A stretch of 64,000 nucleotides of DNA from Candidatus Omnitrophota bacterium (lineage in GTDB: Bacteria > Omnitrophota > Gorgyraeia > B26-G9). The notes below the pieces were generated by a model. It did not search any database. It had not been told where the DNA came from and worked only from the letters and a program-made list of their open reading frames with translations. Positions 8,905-19,411 of the stretch are shown in pieces. The stretch spans positions 21,305 through 85,304 of the forward strand of contig JBDRJV010000022.1 of the NCBI GenBank assembly GCA_043814605.1. The letters are read 5' to 3'. The translations under genes were made by a program, and so were the position numbers. Numbering within the stretch: the first letter of the stretch is position 1; each line of letters begins with the position of its first letter.

Positions 8905-10140
8905 TTACATTTTAATAGTGGTTGCCATTTTAAATATGGGCATAAACATCGCAATAACTAAATAACCGATTATCCCCCCCATAAACACAAGCATAAACGG
9001 CTCAATCAAAGCGGAAAGCCTTTCCACCATTACTCCCACTCTTTCTTCGTAAAACTCAGATATATGTCTTAACATATCGGATAATTCTCCGGTTTCTTCT
9101 CCAACGTTTACCATCAAAACAACCATTGGCGGAAAAATACCGCTTTGTTCAAGCGGTTCTGCAATTGATTTTCCATCACGCACACTATCTTTTACCACAT
9201 CCAAGGCATCCTCTATTATTTTATTGCCTACAGTTTTAGTAACAATTTCTAATGCATAAAGAATGGGGACTCCGCTCGAAATCATGGTGCCTAATCCTTT
9301 TGCAAAATTTGAAATTGCAATCTGGCGGAATAGATTACCAAACACCGGCATTTGTAAACGAATTTTATCAATAATAAATCTTCCTTTATCAGTTTTTAAA
9401 ATCTGTTTTAACAGAAAAAATAGTCCGGGCGCAGTAAATATCAATAAAAACCAGTAATTTTTTAAAATCGCACTTAAATTCACTAACATTTGAGTTGCCG
9501 GAGGTAATGTTGCCCCAAAACCTTCAAACATTTCGGCAAAAATTGGTACAATTTTAATCATAAAAACTAAAATTGCTCCAGCACAAACAAGCAGTAATAT
9601 TGCCGGATAAGTTAAGGCGGAAACAATTTTTCTCTGTAACTCCCCACTACTTTCAAAATACTCCGCAATTTGTTCTAAAACAGAAGGCAGCTGACCCGAA
9701 GCTTCACCTGTTCCCACTAAATTTACCCAAAAACTGGTAAAAACTTTAGGATGTTTAGCTAATGCATCACGTAAAGTACTTCCTCCCTGGATATCATCTT
9801 TAATTTTTTCTACTGCTTCTTGCAACGGAAAACAAGTAATCTGCTTGCTTAATACAGATAAACTTCTTAAAAGCGGCACACCCGCGTTTAGCAAGGTTCC
9901 TAGTTGTCTGGCAAAAATACACAAATCATCATTTTTCACCCGCCCGGAGAATCCTAATCTCTTAGGTATTTTAAAGCTTAATTTTACTGCCTTTTTTTTG
10001 ACGATAATTTCTTCAATTGAAGTAATTAATAAATTTCTGCGCTGCAGAATTTCAATAACTTCATTTTTCCCTTCCGCAATCATCGTTCCTTGAACTAGGT
10101 TTCCCTCTGAATCTCGCGCTTTATAAAGAAAATCTGCCAT
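8905..10140 (-). CDS. pilC: Type IV pilus inner-membrane platform protein PilC (GspF family)
   Basis: 411 aa, two GspF repeats, three TM segments. GGAGAGAG ribosome-binding site before the ATG. Confidence 0.85.
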   Translation of the reverse strand: MADFLYKARDSEGNLVQGTMIAEGKNEVIEILQRRNLLITSIEEIIVKKKAVKLSFKIPKRLGFSGRVKNDDLCIFARQLGTLLNAGVPLLRSLSVLSKQITCFPLQEAVEKIKDDIQGGSTLRDALAKHPKVFTSFWVNLVGTGEASGQLPSVLEQIAEYFESSGELQRKIVSALTYPAILLLVCAGAILVFMIKIVPIFAEMFEGFGATLPPATQMLVNLSAILKNYWFLLIFTAPGLFFLLKQILKTDKGRFIIDKIRLQMPVFGNLFRQIAISNFAKGLGTMISSGVPILYALEIVTKTVGNKIIEDALDVVKDSVRDGKSIAEPLEQSGIFPPMVVLMVNVGEETGELSDMLRHISEFYEERVGVMVERLSALIEPFMLVFMGGIIGYLVIAMFMPIFKMATTIKM

Positions 10141-10466
10141 GTTCTATCTCTCTCCGTAAAATGCCCACAAATGTAATTACTATTTTAATATACCTTAATC
10201 TTAGTTAGCAAGGAAGATTTTTAAATATTAGTTTATGTTCTTTTCTTAATTAAGTTAAAAAAAAGAACCTGATTTCAGCGATTTAAATAACAGATTACAT
10301 AGATTCACCTGGCTCATCGTCATACAGGCCGGCTAAAGCGAATAAAATTAATCAGTGTAATCTTTTTTAATCTGTGTAATCAGGAGCAATCTCAATCCTA
10401 ATCTCTATTATTACTTTTTATTTAATGCAAAATATTTATGAACACAAATAAAAATAATCCATTATT

Positions 10467-12164
10467 TTAATCGGAGACAGTTACGGCAATTACTTCTTCT
10501 AGCGTAGTTAAGCCTAGTTTTACTTTCTCTATTCCACATTTATACAGACTGCGCATACCAATTTCTTCTGCTCTTTTCCTGATTTCATCGCTAGATTTTC
10601 GATAATAAATCATATTACGAATTTCTTCATTTATGGGTAATAATTCATAAATACCAATTCGCCCTTTATATCCTGTAAACCGGCATTTATCACAGCCTTT
10701 AGCCGTATAAACTGGTCCTTCAATACCTAATTCTTTATGACGAATATCTATCTTTGCAACTTCTTTACAATCCGGACAAAGTCTGCGGGTTAATCTTTGG
10801 GCAATAACTAATCTTAAAGCTGATACCAGTAAAAACGGCTCAATCCCAATATCCATAAGCCGGGTTACTGCTGTCGGTGCATCATTAGTGTGCAAAGTGC
10901 TTAATACTAAATGCCCGGTCAGGGCAGCACGAATACACATTTGTGCTGTTTCTAAATCTCTCACTTCTCCGACCATCATAATATCCGGGTCTTGACGCAA
11001 AAAGGAGCGCAATGTATTGGCAAAGGTCAAACCGATTAAAGGTTTAATTTGGACTTGATTAATTCCGTCAAGTTTATACTCAACCGGATCTTCTACGGTA
11101 ATAATATTTTTATGAGGACTTCGGATAGAATTCAAAATAGTATAAAGTGTTGTTGATTTTCCAGCCCCCGTAGGCCCGGTGACATAAATCATTCCGTAAG
11201 GCTTAAAAATTTCACTTTTAATAATTTTTAAATCACATTCATCAAATCCCAGTTTATCAAATTCTAAAGGTAACTTAGTTTGATCTAATAGTCTCAGAAC
11301 CATTTTCTCCCCAAACACAGTAGGCAGGCTGGAAACTCTTACATCAATAATTTTATCCTTAAATGCTACAGAAAACCCCCCGTCTTGCGGTAATCTGCGT
11401 TCGGCAATATCCAGTTTTGACAATATTTTCATGCGGGAGACAACCGCAAAATACATTTTCGGCTGCGGAGCATTAGCCTCATAAAGCACTCCATCTATCC
11501 GATAGCGCAAGCTTACTCTTTTTTCAAAATGCTCAAGATGAATATCCGAAGCCCCTTGTTCAATTGCATCCATTAAGATCAAATCCACAAATTTTACAAC
11601 CGGGGCTGCTTCTGATTCTGAGAAGACATCACGCACATCAACTTTTCCCTCAGTTTTTTCTCCGTCACTCTCTTCCATTAAAGTAAACTGGGCTTGAATA
11701 TCTTTTTTCTTCATATCTTTACTCAGATAAAACGCATCAATCGCTTTTTCTAAATCACTGTTAGTTGTAACCACAACATTAACATCACAGCCCGACATTT
11801 TCATAATATCATCCGTTGTCATTAAATCCAACGGATCAACCATAGCCACAGTAATCGTATTAATGTGTTTGGATAAGGGGAGTACACGATGGTATCGCGC
11901 ATAATCCATGGGGATCATTTTTTCTAGCTCTTGATGCAGGTTAGGACGCAGTAAACCTTTTTTACTCGAAGCATGCATAATTCCTAATTGCCGTGATAAT
12001 GCTTCGGCAATATCAGATTCTTTAACAAAATTTTTAACAATTAAAATTTCTCCCAGTTTGCCGCCCACTTCTTTTTGCTCATTAAGAACACTATCCAGTT
12101 GTTCTTTTTTTAATAATCCTTCTTTAACCAAGATATCCCCTAACTTTAAATTTGATTTAATCAT
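10467..12164 (-). CDS. pilB: Type IV pilus assembly ATPase PilB (GspE family) with an N-terminal MshEN-type c-di-GMP-binding motif pair
   Basis: Walker A GPTGAGKST, Asp/His boxes, and a C-terminal tetracysteine (CPDC...CDKC). The N-terminus has two 24-residue motifs, KLGDILVKEGLLKKEQLDSVLNEQ and KLGEILIVKNFVKESDIAEALSRQ, separated by 5 residues. Confidence 0.9.
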   Translation of the reverse strand: MIKSNLKLGDILVKEGLLKKEQLDSVLNEQKEVGGKLGEILIVKNFVKESDIAEALSRQLGIMHASSKKGLLRPNLHQELEKMIPMDYARYHRVLPLSKHINTITVAMVDPLDLMTTDDIMKMSGCDVNVVVTTNSDLEKAIDAFYLSKDMKKKDIQAQFTLMEESDGEKTEGKVDVRDVFSESEAAPVVKFVDLILMDAIEQGASDIHLEHFEKRVSLRYRIDGVLYEANAPQPKMYFAVVSRMKILSKLDIAERRLPQDGGFSVAFKDKIIDVRVSSLPTVFGEKMVLRLLDQTKLPLEFDKLGFDECDLKIIKSEIFKPYGMIYVTGPTGAGKSTTLYTILNSIRSPHKNIITVEDPVEYKLDGINQVQIKPLIGLTFANTLRSFLRQDPDIMMVGEVRDLETAQMCIRAALTGHLVLSTLHTNDAPTAVTRLMDIGIEPFLLVSALRLVIAQRLTRRLCPDCKEVAKIDIRHKELGIEGPVYTAKGCDKCRFTGYKGRIGIYELLPINEEIRNMIYYRKSSDEIRKRAEEIGMRSLYKCGIEKVKLGLTTLEEVIAVTVSD

Positions 12165-12188
12165 TTTTTTAAGTCTTTCGTCATAATT

Positions 12189-13838
12189 TTATTTTACTAA
12201 ATCAACAACATTTAAATTTGGATTATTTAGGGTTAGATTTAATTCTAAATCTTCTTGTTCACGAAACGATAATTCTTTCGGTACAGCTGCGTTTTTCGGG
12301 GCAGAATCATTGCCTGCCGAAACTGCCGGTGATTGATCGCCTTCTTTTAATGCATCAATAATAACTGTTTTCTGATCTTTTATTACTGCATCTTTTTGCG
12401 TTTCTATCTGCTGATGCCAATAGTCCATTGTTTGCACTGGATTTACAATTTTTGGGGTAATAAAAATTAATAATTCTTTATCCACTCTGTCCGATGTAGT
12501 ATGACGGAATAATGCGCCAAAAAAAGGGATATCGCCTAACCAAGGAATTTTAGTTTTCACTTCTTCATCCTCTGTTGTAATAAAACCTCCCACAACAATT
12601 GTTGTCCCGCTTTTAGCCATAACAACTGTACGCATACTCCGTTCTTGGGGATCAATAAAATGTGTCCCCTCACTGGAAGTGAACGTTGATTCTTTTGGCC
12701 TAGAAATTTTTGGCTCAATTAATAAAGATACAAACCCCTCTTCCTCATTAATCATCGGAACAAGTTTTAAGATAGTTCCGACTTCCATTCTGTTTACACT
12801 TATATCTACAGAACCATCATCATTTCTTCTTGTTGTCAAAGAAACTATCTGATCTGCAGTCACTTTTAATTGTGCCCATTCCCGGTCTTGACATAATATT
12901 CTTGGTTTTGCCAGAAATTTTGTGTTTGTATCAGTTTGCAGCATTTCCAATATCCATGATAATCCGGTTGCATCCATAAGCCCGTAGCTAAAATATGATC
13001 CATAATCAGTATCTGCACCCAAAGGTTTGCCTAATATTGGAGATACTTCTGCATATTCCCTATTCTTCCAGGGGGTAAATGGTATCGAAGTAATTCTTTT
13101 TGGACCGTAATATCTTGCCATTTCTTTACCCCATTTTACGCCTAAATCTTTAAGAAAATCTGCTGTTGTTTCAATCAGTTCAACCTCAATCATAACTTCC
13201 GCTACTGGTTTATCAATTTCACTAATAACTTCATCAATCAATTTAAACCGTTCCGGAACATCAGTAATAATAAGCAAATTCATATAGGGAACACACTTTC
13301 CATATTCACTTAATAACGGATTAATAATCGGTCTCCAGCCAAAACTCTGTTCTCTCCCTTGAGATTGTTCTCCCCCGGTACTAGCTGCAGTCAGTGTCGC
13401 CCCTGGTGTAATATTGCCAAAATAATACCTTATCTTATAAACCCGGGTGATTGTTTCAATCGGCTGTGTGGGCTTGGGCCGAACAATTAAGATATTACTT
13501 CCCGGGCTTTGGTAAATTCCCAAATTATTTGAATCAAGTAATGCATTTAAAGCATCTTCAACTAAAACATCATTCATGTATAATGTTATTTGCCGATCCT
13601 CAATACTTTTTGCCGCAACAAAATTTAAACCAGACTGCTGTGAAAATACTTTTAAAACATCTTTTAAATTAGCATCTTTAAAATCCAAAGAAACTAATCC
13701 CTCTTGGATTTCTTCATTTGCTTCGACATCGTCTTCTATTTCGTATGTATTCTGAGTATACCCTAATTCCGCACTGGCACTAAAAAACCCGGCCAGGCAT
13801 AAACAAACAATTAATACACATAAAAAGATCCGTCTCAT
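12189..13838 (-). CDS. pilQ: Type IV pilus secretin PilQ (GspD family)
   Basis: Signal peptide. C-terminal secretin domain (VVGGFITTEDEEVKTKIPWLGDIPFFGALF...LLIFITPKIV). Confidence 0.8.
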   Translation of the reverse strand: MRRIFLCVLIVCLCLAGFFSASAELGYTQNTYEIEDDVEANEEIQEGLVSLDFKDANLKDVLKVFSQQSGLNFVAAKSIEDRQITLYMNDVLVEDALNALLDSNNLGIYQSPGSNILIVRPKPTQPIETITRVYKIRYYFGNITPGATLTAASTGGEQSQGREQSFGWRPIINPLLSEYGKCVPYMNLLIITDVPERFKLIDEVISEIDKPVAEVMIEVELIETTADFLKDLGVKWGKEMARYYGPKRITSIPFTPWKNREYAEVSPILGKPLGADTDYGSYFSYGLMDATGLSWILEMLQTDTNTKFLAKPRILCQDREWAQLKVTADQIVSLTTRRNDDGSVDISVNRMEVGTILKLVPMINEEEGFVSLLIEPKISRPKESTFTSSEGTHFIDPQERSMRTVVMAKSGTTIVVGGFITTEDEEVKTKIPWLGDIPFFGALFRHTTSDRVDKELLIFITPKIVNPVQTMDYWHQQIETQKDAVIKDQKTVIIDALKEGDQSPAVSAGNDSAPKNAAVPKELSFREQEDLELNLTLNNPNLNVVDLVK

Positions 13839-13867
13839 TTTTTTACTCCTTATTTAGTTTTTAAATT

Positions 13868-14293
13868 CTAATAGCCTTGCATTTTTATTTCAAATTCTTT
13901 ACCTTTATAAAACAAGACAATACCGTTTCTAGTAATTTCTCTTACCTCAAATTCCTCAATATACTCGCCTACGTTGATCACGCAGCCATTGAGGATTGCC
14001 TGAGGCCGGCCTTTTTTATAAACAATTCCCTGCAACTCAATCTTTGGCAAAATAATTTGCACATCTTTAGGGATAAGTTGTTTAGGGGGTAACTTAATTA
14101 ATCTTTCTAATTCTTGCGATAACATAAACGGATCTCTTTTTGCTTCGGCTCCTGTATATTTCACGATTCTTCCCTTAAGTAAACTAGAGGCCGGTTCTTT
14201 CTCGCTGGCATTTTCTGCAAAACACACCTTTCCGAAAAAAATCAAAACCGCCAGAAAAAAAATCGCTAAAAAATTTAATATTTTTTTAAACAT
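13868..14293 (-). CDS. PilP-like pilus assembly lipoprotein or periplasmic protein
   Basis: 141 aa, N-terminal signal or TM. Its position between pilO-like and pilQ fits PilP. I recognised no diagnostic motif. Confidence 0.4.
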   Translation of the reverse strand: MFKKILNFLAIFFLAVLIFFGKVCFAENASEKEPASSLLKGRIVKYTGAEAKRDPFMLSQELERLIKLPPKQLIPKDVQIILPKIELQGIVYKKGRPQAILNGCVINVGEYIEEFEVREITRNGIVLFYKGKEFEIKMQGY

Positions 14294-14832
14294 TATTGCT
14301 CCAAAATTGTGTCATTATAATCTAAAGTGCTCAAATTCAGATCCGCAATAACTTTAATTTCTTTCAACTCTTGTTTTTCAAAAACTATTGACTGTTTTAA
14401 ACTCATTTTATCTATCTGGATAAAAAGGTCAGAATTCTCCAAATCACTGATAAAAATACCCAATTGATGATAAGTAGTATTGATCGATAAAGTTACGCCT
14501 AATTTTGAATACTGATTTCTCTTTTCGGCCGGAAGCGCTGAAATTGAAATAATTTTCAGATTTAGTTTTCCCGCCATTTTTGCAATATGAGCTAAGAACC
14601 GTGAACTTCCCTCTACTTTTTGCATCTCTTCCCGCATTTCTTTTAAGTTCGCCAGTTTATCACCCACTTTATTTTCCAGCTTGATACGGTCAATCTCTTT
14701 TCTGTACCCTTTTAGCAGTTTTTGGCTTCTTTGAAAGAAAATTCTCCCGCCAAAAAAAAGCAGCAGACAAAAAATAAATATTCCCAACATTAAAACTTGC
14801 TGCATTTCTTTCGTTAATATTTTCTTTAACAT
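14293..14832 (-). CDS. PilO-like bitopic inner-membrane protein
   Basis: 179 aa, a single N-terminal TM followed by a coiled-coil region. It sits immediately after pilMN. Confidence 0.45.
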   Translation of the reverse strand: MLKKILTKEMQQVLMLGIFIFCLLLFFGGRIFFQRSQKLLKGYRKEIDRIKLENKVGDKLANLKEMREEMQKVEGSSRFLAHIAKMAGKLNLKIISISALPAEKRNQYSKLGVTLSINTTYHQLGIFISDLENSDLFIQIDKMSLKQSIVFEKQELKEIKVIADLNLSTLDYNDTILEQ

Positions 14833-14850
14833 TATAAAATTCCTCTAAAA

Positions 14851-16516
14851 CTATCGCGCTGAATCAATTTCGGAAGAAGCAATTAGATTAAAAGTCATTA
14901 CCGGAATCCCGTTAAAATCACCCTTATTGATTGACCCTGTTTTAATCATTTTAAATCCGTCAAAAAAATCTGTGCTGGCTTTTAATTTTTCAGAAAAATT
15001 ATTAACAACTTCAATCTCTAATCCTCTTTGTTCAGAATAAACAGTTCCATCGAGCTTTAATGTTGTTTCTTTTTTGACTAAACTTTTTTCTAATTTTAAA
15101 ATTTCTTCATAAGTTAAACTTGTTAACCAGGCATTCTCCGGAATTAAGTTGGGGACAGCACTTAATTTGATCGTTAAAAGATTACGGTCTTTTATTGTTT
15201 TTTTGATCATATTTGAAAGCGTAATAATTTCTTTCTCCCCTTGGATCAGCTGATTATCCGTAAAATGACTCAGATCCATAAATTTTGGGCTTTTCCTTTT
15301 TTCCAGTTCTAAAAGCTTCTTTTCGCGAGAAACAAAAAATGAAAAAATTAAATAAATCACAATATAACAAATTATTAATCCGATAGATCCAAAAATCACC
15401 ATTTTCGAAATAAAAACCTTAGTTTTTAAGCTTGTTTTTTTTCTCGCGCTAAATAAATCTATTTCCACAGTTGATTTGCTTTGGTTTCTTAATGCCGCAC
15501 CAATCGTCACGGCAAGCATAGGGAAAGTATAGGGCAGGGGCTTAACCGATTTAGGAATGGTAATATTCTTCAGCGGATCTATCGTATTTACCGGAATATC
15601 AAAACTTTTCTGAAGGTAAGCAGCCAGCGGACAGTTACAATCTGGAATTCCTTTAGCCACTTCCGCCACAATCTCCAAATCATCAAAATCTTCTAATTCT
15701 CCGCAAAGAATAATCTTATTTATTTCTTCTTTTCCCAATTCTTTCTTGTAATATTCCATGGAAATACGGCATTCGCTGAGCATATTTTCCAAGGTTATTT
15801 GACGCGAATCTGATGAACTGATACTTCCTTCCATTAAAAATTCAGCTGCTTCATCGTCGATCCATTCTTCTTTTTCTGCTAAAGAAAGATCACGCACAAA
15901 ATAAGGCACTCCGTTTTTAAGAATAATCAGGTTCATTCTCTGTGCATATATATAAATAACTGCATTTGATTTAAGTTTTTCAATTTCACCGGAATATTCT
16001 AAAAGCCGGAGCAAAGCAAAGGAAGCTGTTTCAACCGCAACAGGATATATCTTTGATTTATGTAAGGTAGTTAAATGATTTTTAATTGATTCTTCTTTGG
16101 TAACTAAAGAAAGGATTCCTAGCTTACGATTAACCTGGTCTTCTTTAAGAATATAAAACCCGGTTACTGCTTGTTCTAAGGGAAAGGGTATATATATATT
16201 TTCTGGCTTCAAAACGTACTGCTTCTTCGAGTTCTTCGGCACTAATCGGCGGCATTTGAAAATAGCGCAGTAATACCATCCCGGGCATCAGGATACTATT
16301 AACATTTTTTAAATCAGCTTTTGATTTTTTTACAGCTTTATCCAGCGCCGCTAAAATAAGCTCATCTTTATTTGCCCCTGCAGCTTGATTATCTTCAAAA
16401 ATGTCTACATGAATAAAATTAATCAGCTGTATTTTGCCGGCTACATTTTGTAATTGGGCAAGTTGTACAGTTTTAGGGCCAATATACAAGCCTATTGTAC
16501 TTTTAAATAAGAACAT
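14851..16516 (-). CDS. pilM: PilM-PilN fusion (actin-like ATPase plus bitopic PilN) interrupted by a frameshift in a (TA)5 tract
   Basis: ORF 16145..16516 encodes a PilM N-terminus. ORF 14851..16242 (GTG start) continues with the PilM consensus YIPFPLEQAV and a later PilN-like TM helix. The two frames overlap at the TATATATATA tract at 16189-16198. Removing two TA units or adding one restores ...ARKYIPFPLEQ... in a single frame. Confidence 0.6.
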
Positions 16517-16635
16517 AATTTAAATCCATTTACTTTCTTAGTTCTGTATCTACATATCCTTAATATATTTAAATTATCATATTAGGAAGTGTCTGTCAAG
16601 GGGTTTTAAAGAGGTTAGACTACTTTGTCAAAATT

Positions 16636-18357
16636 TTAAACTAGTTTTTCTAAAATATCCTTTACTTTAGAAATTACATCTTTAACCAAAACTTGAGTTT
16701 TTTGGTTATTTTTACGAATTTTAATTTCAACTAAATCTTGTTTAAGCCCTTTTTCTCCAATCACAACCTGAACCGGGATTCCTACTAAATCCGCATCTTT
16801 AAATTTTGTCCCTGCTCTTAGATCACGATCATCCAAAAGCACATCCAGGTCATTATTTTTAAGTTCGTTATATATTTTGTGTGCAATTCCTGCTAATTCC
16901 GGATTATCTGTATTTAAAGGCATTACCAGAACCTCAAAAGGGCATATTTCTTTTGACCAGATAATCCCGTATTCATCATTATTTTGTTCAATACAAGCAG
17001 CAATTATCCGCGTTACTCCAATTCCATAGCAACCCATAATAATTTTCTGAGGTTTCCCTGATTCATCCAGGAAATCCGCGCCAAAACTATCTGTATACTT
17101 TGTCCCTAATTTAAAAACATGCCCAACTTCAATTGCCTGTGATAGTTGGATTGCATTTTTGCAGCGCGGGCAAAAATCGTTTTCTGTGATATTACGCACA
17201 TCCGCCCAAATATCAACCTTAAAATCCCGGGATTCATTTACATTGATTAAATGCCTGTCTATTTTATTTGCCCCGGTTATGGCATTTTTTAATCCCTGGA
17301 TTGAATAATCCGCGATAATTTTAATATTTTCTAATTCTACCGGGCCGCTAAACCCTCGCGGGCCATTAGTAATTTTCTTGATTGCCCCTTCATCTGCCAT
17401 GATTAAATGTTGTGCTTTTAAAACACGGTTTAGTTTTGTTTCATTTATCTCATAATCACCTCGGATCAATATAGCCACCGGCTGATTATCCGCTAAATAA
17501 ATGATTGTTTTAATCAACTGTGCCGGCTTGACTTTTAAAAGATGGGCTACCTCTTTAACCGAGCTTACTCCCGGCGTACTCACCTCTTCCATACTTTTAG
17601 CTTTTGAGCTGTGTTCTGTGGTCTGTGGTCTGTAGTCGGCTAAGCATTCTGCTTTATCCAAGCTCACTGCATAATCACATTTTTTACATCTGATGATTTT
17701 ATCTTCACCGTTATCCGCAATCACCATAAATTCATGAGAGATATCGCCTCCCATAATTCCGGTATCTGCCTCAACCGCAATATAATTTAATCCGCAGCGT
17801 CTGAATATATTACAATACGCTTCATACATTTTTTTATAACTATGATCTAAGCCTTGCTCATCCCGGTCAAAACTGTAAGCATCTTTCATAATAAATTCAC
17901 GGGATCTCATCACACCAAAACGCGGCCGTGCTTCATCCCGGAATTTAGTTTGAATCTGATAAACAATAATCGGAAGCTGGCGGTATGATCTGATTTCATT
18001 CTTGATTAAATTAGTAATAACCTCTTCATGAGTCGGACCCAGTACATTTAACTTCTTATGGCGGTCCGTAAAGGTAATCATATCCTCTCCTAAAGTCTCC
18101 AGCCTGCCGCTCTGCTGCCAAAGATCTACAGGTTGTATTGCCGGCAAAAGCATTTCCTGCGCCCCTTGGTTATTCATTTCCTCTTGAATAATTTTTGTCA
18201 CTTTCTTTAACACACGCATTCCCAATGGTAAATATGAATAGACCCCGGAAGTAAGTTTACGGATTAAGCCGGCCCGAATCATTAGAATATGACTTATTGC
18301 TTCTGCATCCTGAGGAACTTCTTTAAGTGTCGGTAACAAAACTTTAGACCACTTCAT
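16636..18357 (-). CDS. proS: Proline--tRNA ligase, bacterial type with editing domain
   Basis: 573 aa with class II aaRS motifs. The N-terminus MKWSKVLLPTLKEVP is typical of ProRS. Confidence 0.9.
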   Translation of the reverse strand: MKWSKVLLPTLKEVPQDAEAISHILMIRAGLIRKLTSGVYSYLPLGMRVLKKVTKIIQEEMNNQGAQEMLLPAIQPVDLWQQSGRLETLGEDMITFTDRHKKLNVLGPTHEEVITNLIKNEIRSYRQLPIIVYQIQTKFRDEARPRFGVMRSREFIMKDAYSFDRDEQGLDHSYKKMYEAYCNIFRRCGLNYIAVEADTGIMGGDISHEFMVIADNGEDKIIRCKKCDYAVSLDKAECLADYRPQTTEHSSKAKSMEEVSTPGVSSVKEVAHLLKVKPAQLIKTIIYLADNQPVAILIRGDYEINETKLNRVLKAQHLIMADEGAIKKITNGPRGFSGPVELENIKIIADYSIQGLKNAITGANKIDRHLINVNESRDFKVDIWADVRNITENDFCPRCKNAIQLSQAIEVGHVFKLGTKYTDSFGADFLDESGKPQKIIMGCYGIGVTRIIAACIEQNNDEYGIIWSKEICPFEVLVMPLNTDNPELAGIAHKIYNELKNNDLDVLLDDRDLRAGTKFKDADLVGIPVQVVIGEKGLKQDLVEIKIRKNNQKTQVLVKDVISKVKDILEKLV

Positions 18358-19411
18358 TTTTTACCTCCGAAACTAAAACTTCTAATATTTCTTTTTCCTT
18401 AACCAATTTTATTTTTTTCCCTTTTTTAAATAATATACCCGAACTGCCGCCCCAAGCAATACCCAAATCCGCATCCTTAGCTTCTCCGGGCCCATTCACA
18501 ATACAGCCCATAATTGCCACTTTTAATCTGGGCTGAAAACAATTATCCTGAAAAATAGATAATGCTTGTTTTACTTTCTTAACCAAAGAAATTAAATCAA
18601 TTTTACAGCGTCCGCATGTAGGACAGGCGATTATTTCAATCCCCTTATTATAAATTCCGAGCATTCCCAATATTTTCTTTCCCACTACCACTTCTTCCAC
18701 TGGATCCGCAGTTAAAGAAACCCTTAATGTATCGCCAATCCCCTCAAGTAAGAGAACTCCTATGCCTAAGGTTGATTTTATAATTCCATCCGGTATTAAT
18801 CCCGCTGCAGTAACGCCTAAATGCATGGGCGCATCAGTTATTTTTGACATTTGACGGTAAGCATCAATTGTCGTTAATATATCATGAGTTTTTAACGAAA
18901 ATACAATTTGATTAAATTTATACTTTTCAAAAATTTTTAAATATCGTTTCCCTGCGCTTACCATATCCTTAACTAAATTATTACCTAGAGTTCTTTTAAC
19001 TGAACCGGAATTTAACCCGACACGTATCGGCACGTTATATTCTTTTGCTTTTTCAATCACCGCTTTGATTTGTGATTCCTTTTTGATATTCCCGGGATTA
19101 AGCCGGATTTTATCTGCTCCCTGTTCAATAGCTGCAAGCGCTAAACGATAATCAAAATGAATATCCGCAACCAGCGGAATCCTGATTTGTTTTTTAATTT
19201 TTGCGATAGCGGCGGCTGCTTGTTGATTTAAAACCGCAATACGCACAATTTCACAGCCGGCTTTTTCCAATCGTTTAATCTGCCCTACACAAGCACGCAC
19301 ATCCGCTGTATCCGCGGTAATCATGGATTGAATTGATATTGCACTGCCGCTCCCAATCACCGTACCGTTTTTTAATATGACTTTTCTGGTTTTTTTACGA
19401 TCAATTTTCAT
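18344..19411 (-). CDS. ispG: 4-hydroxy-3-methylbut-2-en-1-yl diphosphate synthase (flavodoxin)
   Basis: 355 aa with the C-terminal 4Fe-4S Cys triad (CPTCGRC...). The TIM-barrel N-domain matches IspG/GcpE. Confidence 0.9.
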   Translation of the reverse strand: MKIDRKKTRKVILKNGTVIGSGSAISIQSMITADTADVRACVGQIKRLEKAGCEIVRIAVLNQQAAAAIAKIKKQIRIPLVADIHFDYRLALAAIEQGADKIRLNPGNIKKESQIKAVIEKAKEYNVPIRVGLNSGSVKRTLGNNLVKDMVSAGKRYLKIFEKYKFNQIVFSLKTHDILTTIDAYRQMSKITDAPMHLGVTAAGLIPDGIIKSTLGIGVLLLEGIGDTLRVSLTADPVEEVVVGKKILGMLGIYNKGIEIIACPTCGRCKIDLISLVKKVKQALSIFQDNCFQPRLKVAIMGCIVNGPGEAKDADLGIAWGGSSGILFKKGKKIKLVKEKEILEVLVSEVKNEVV

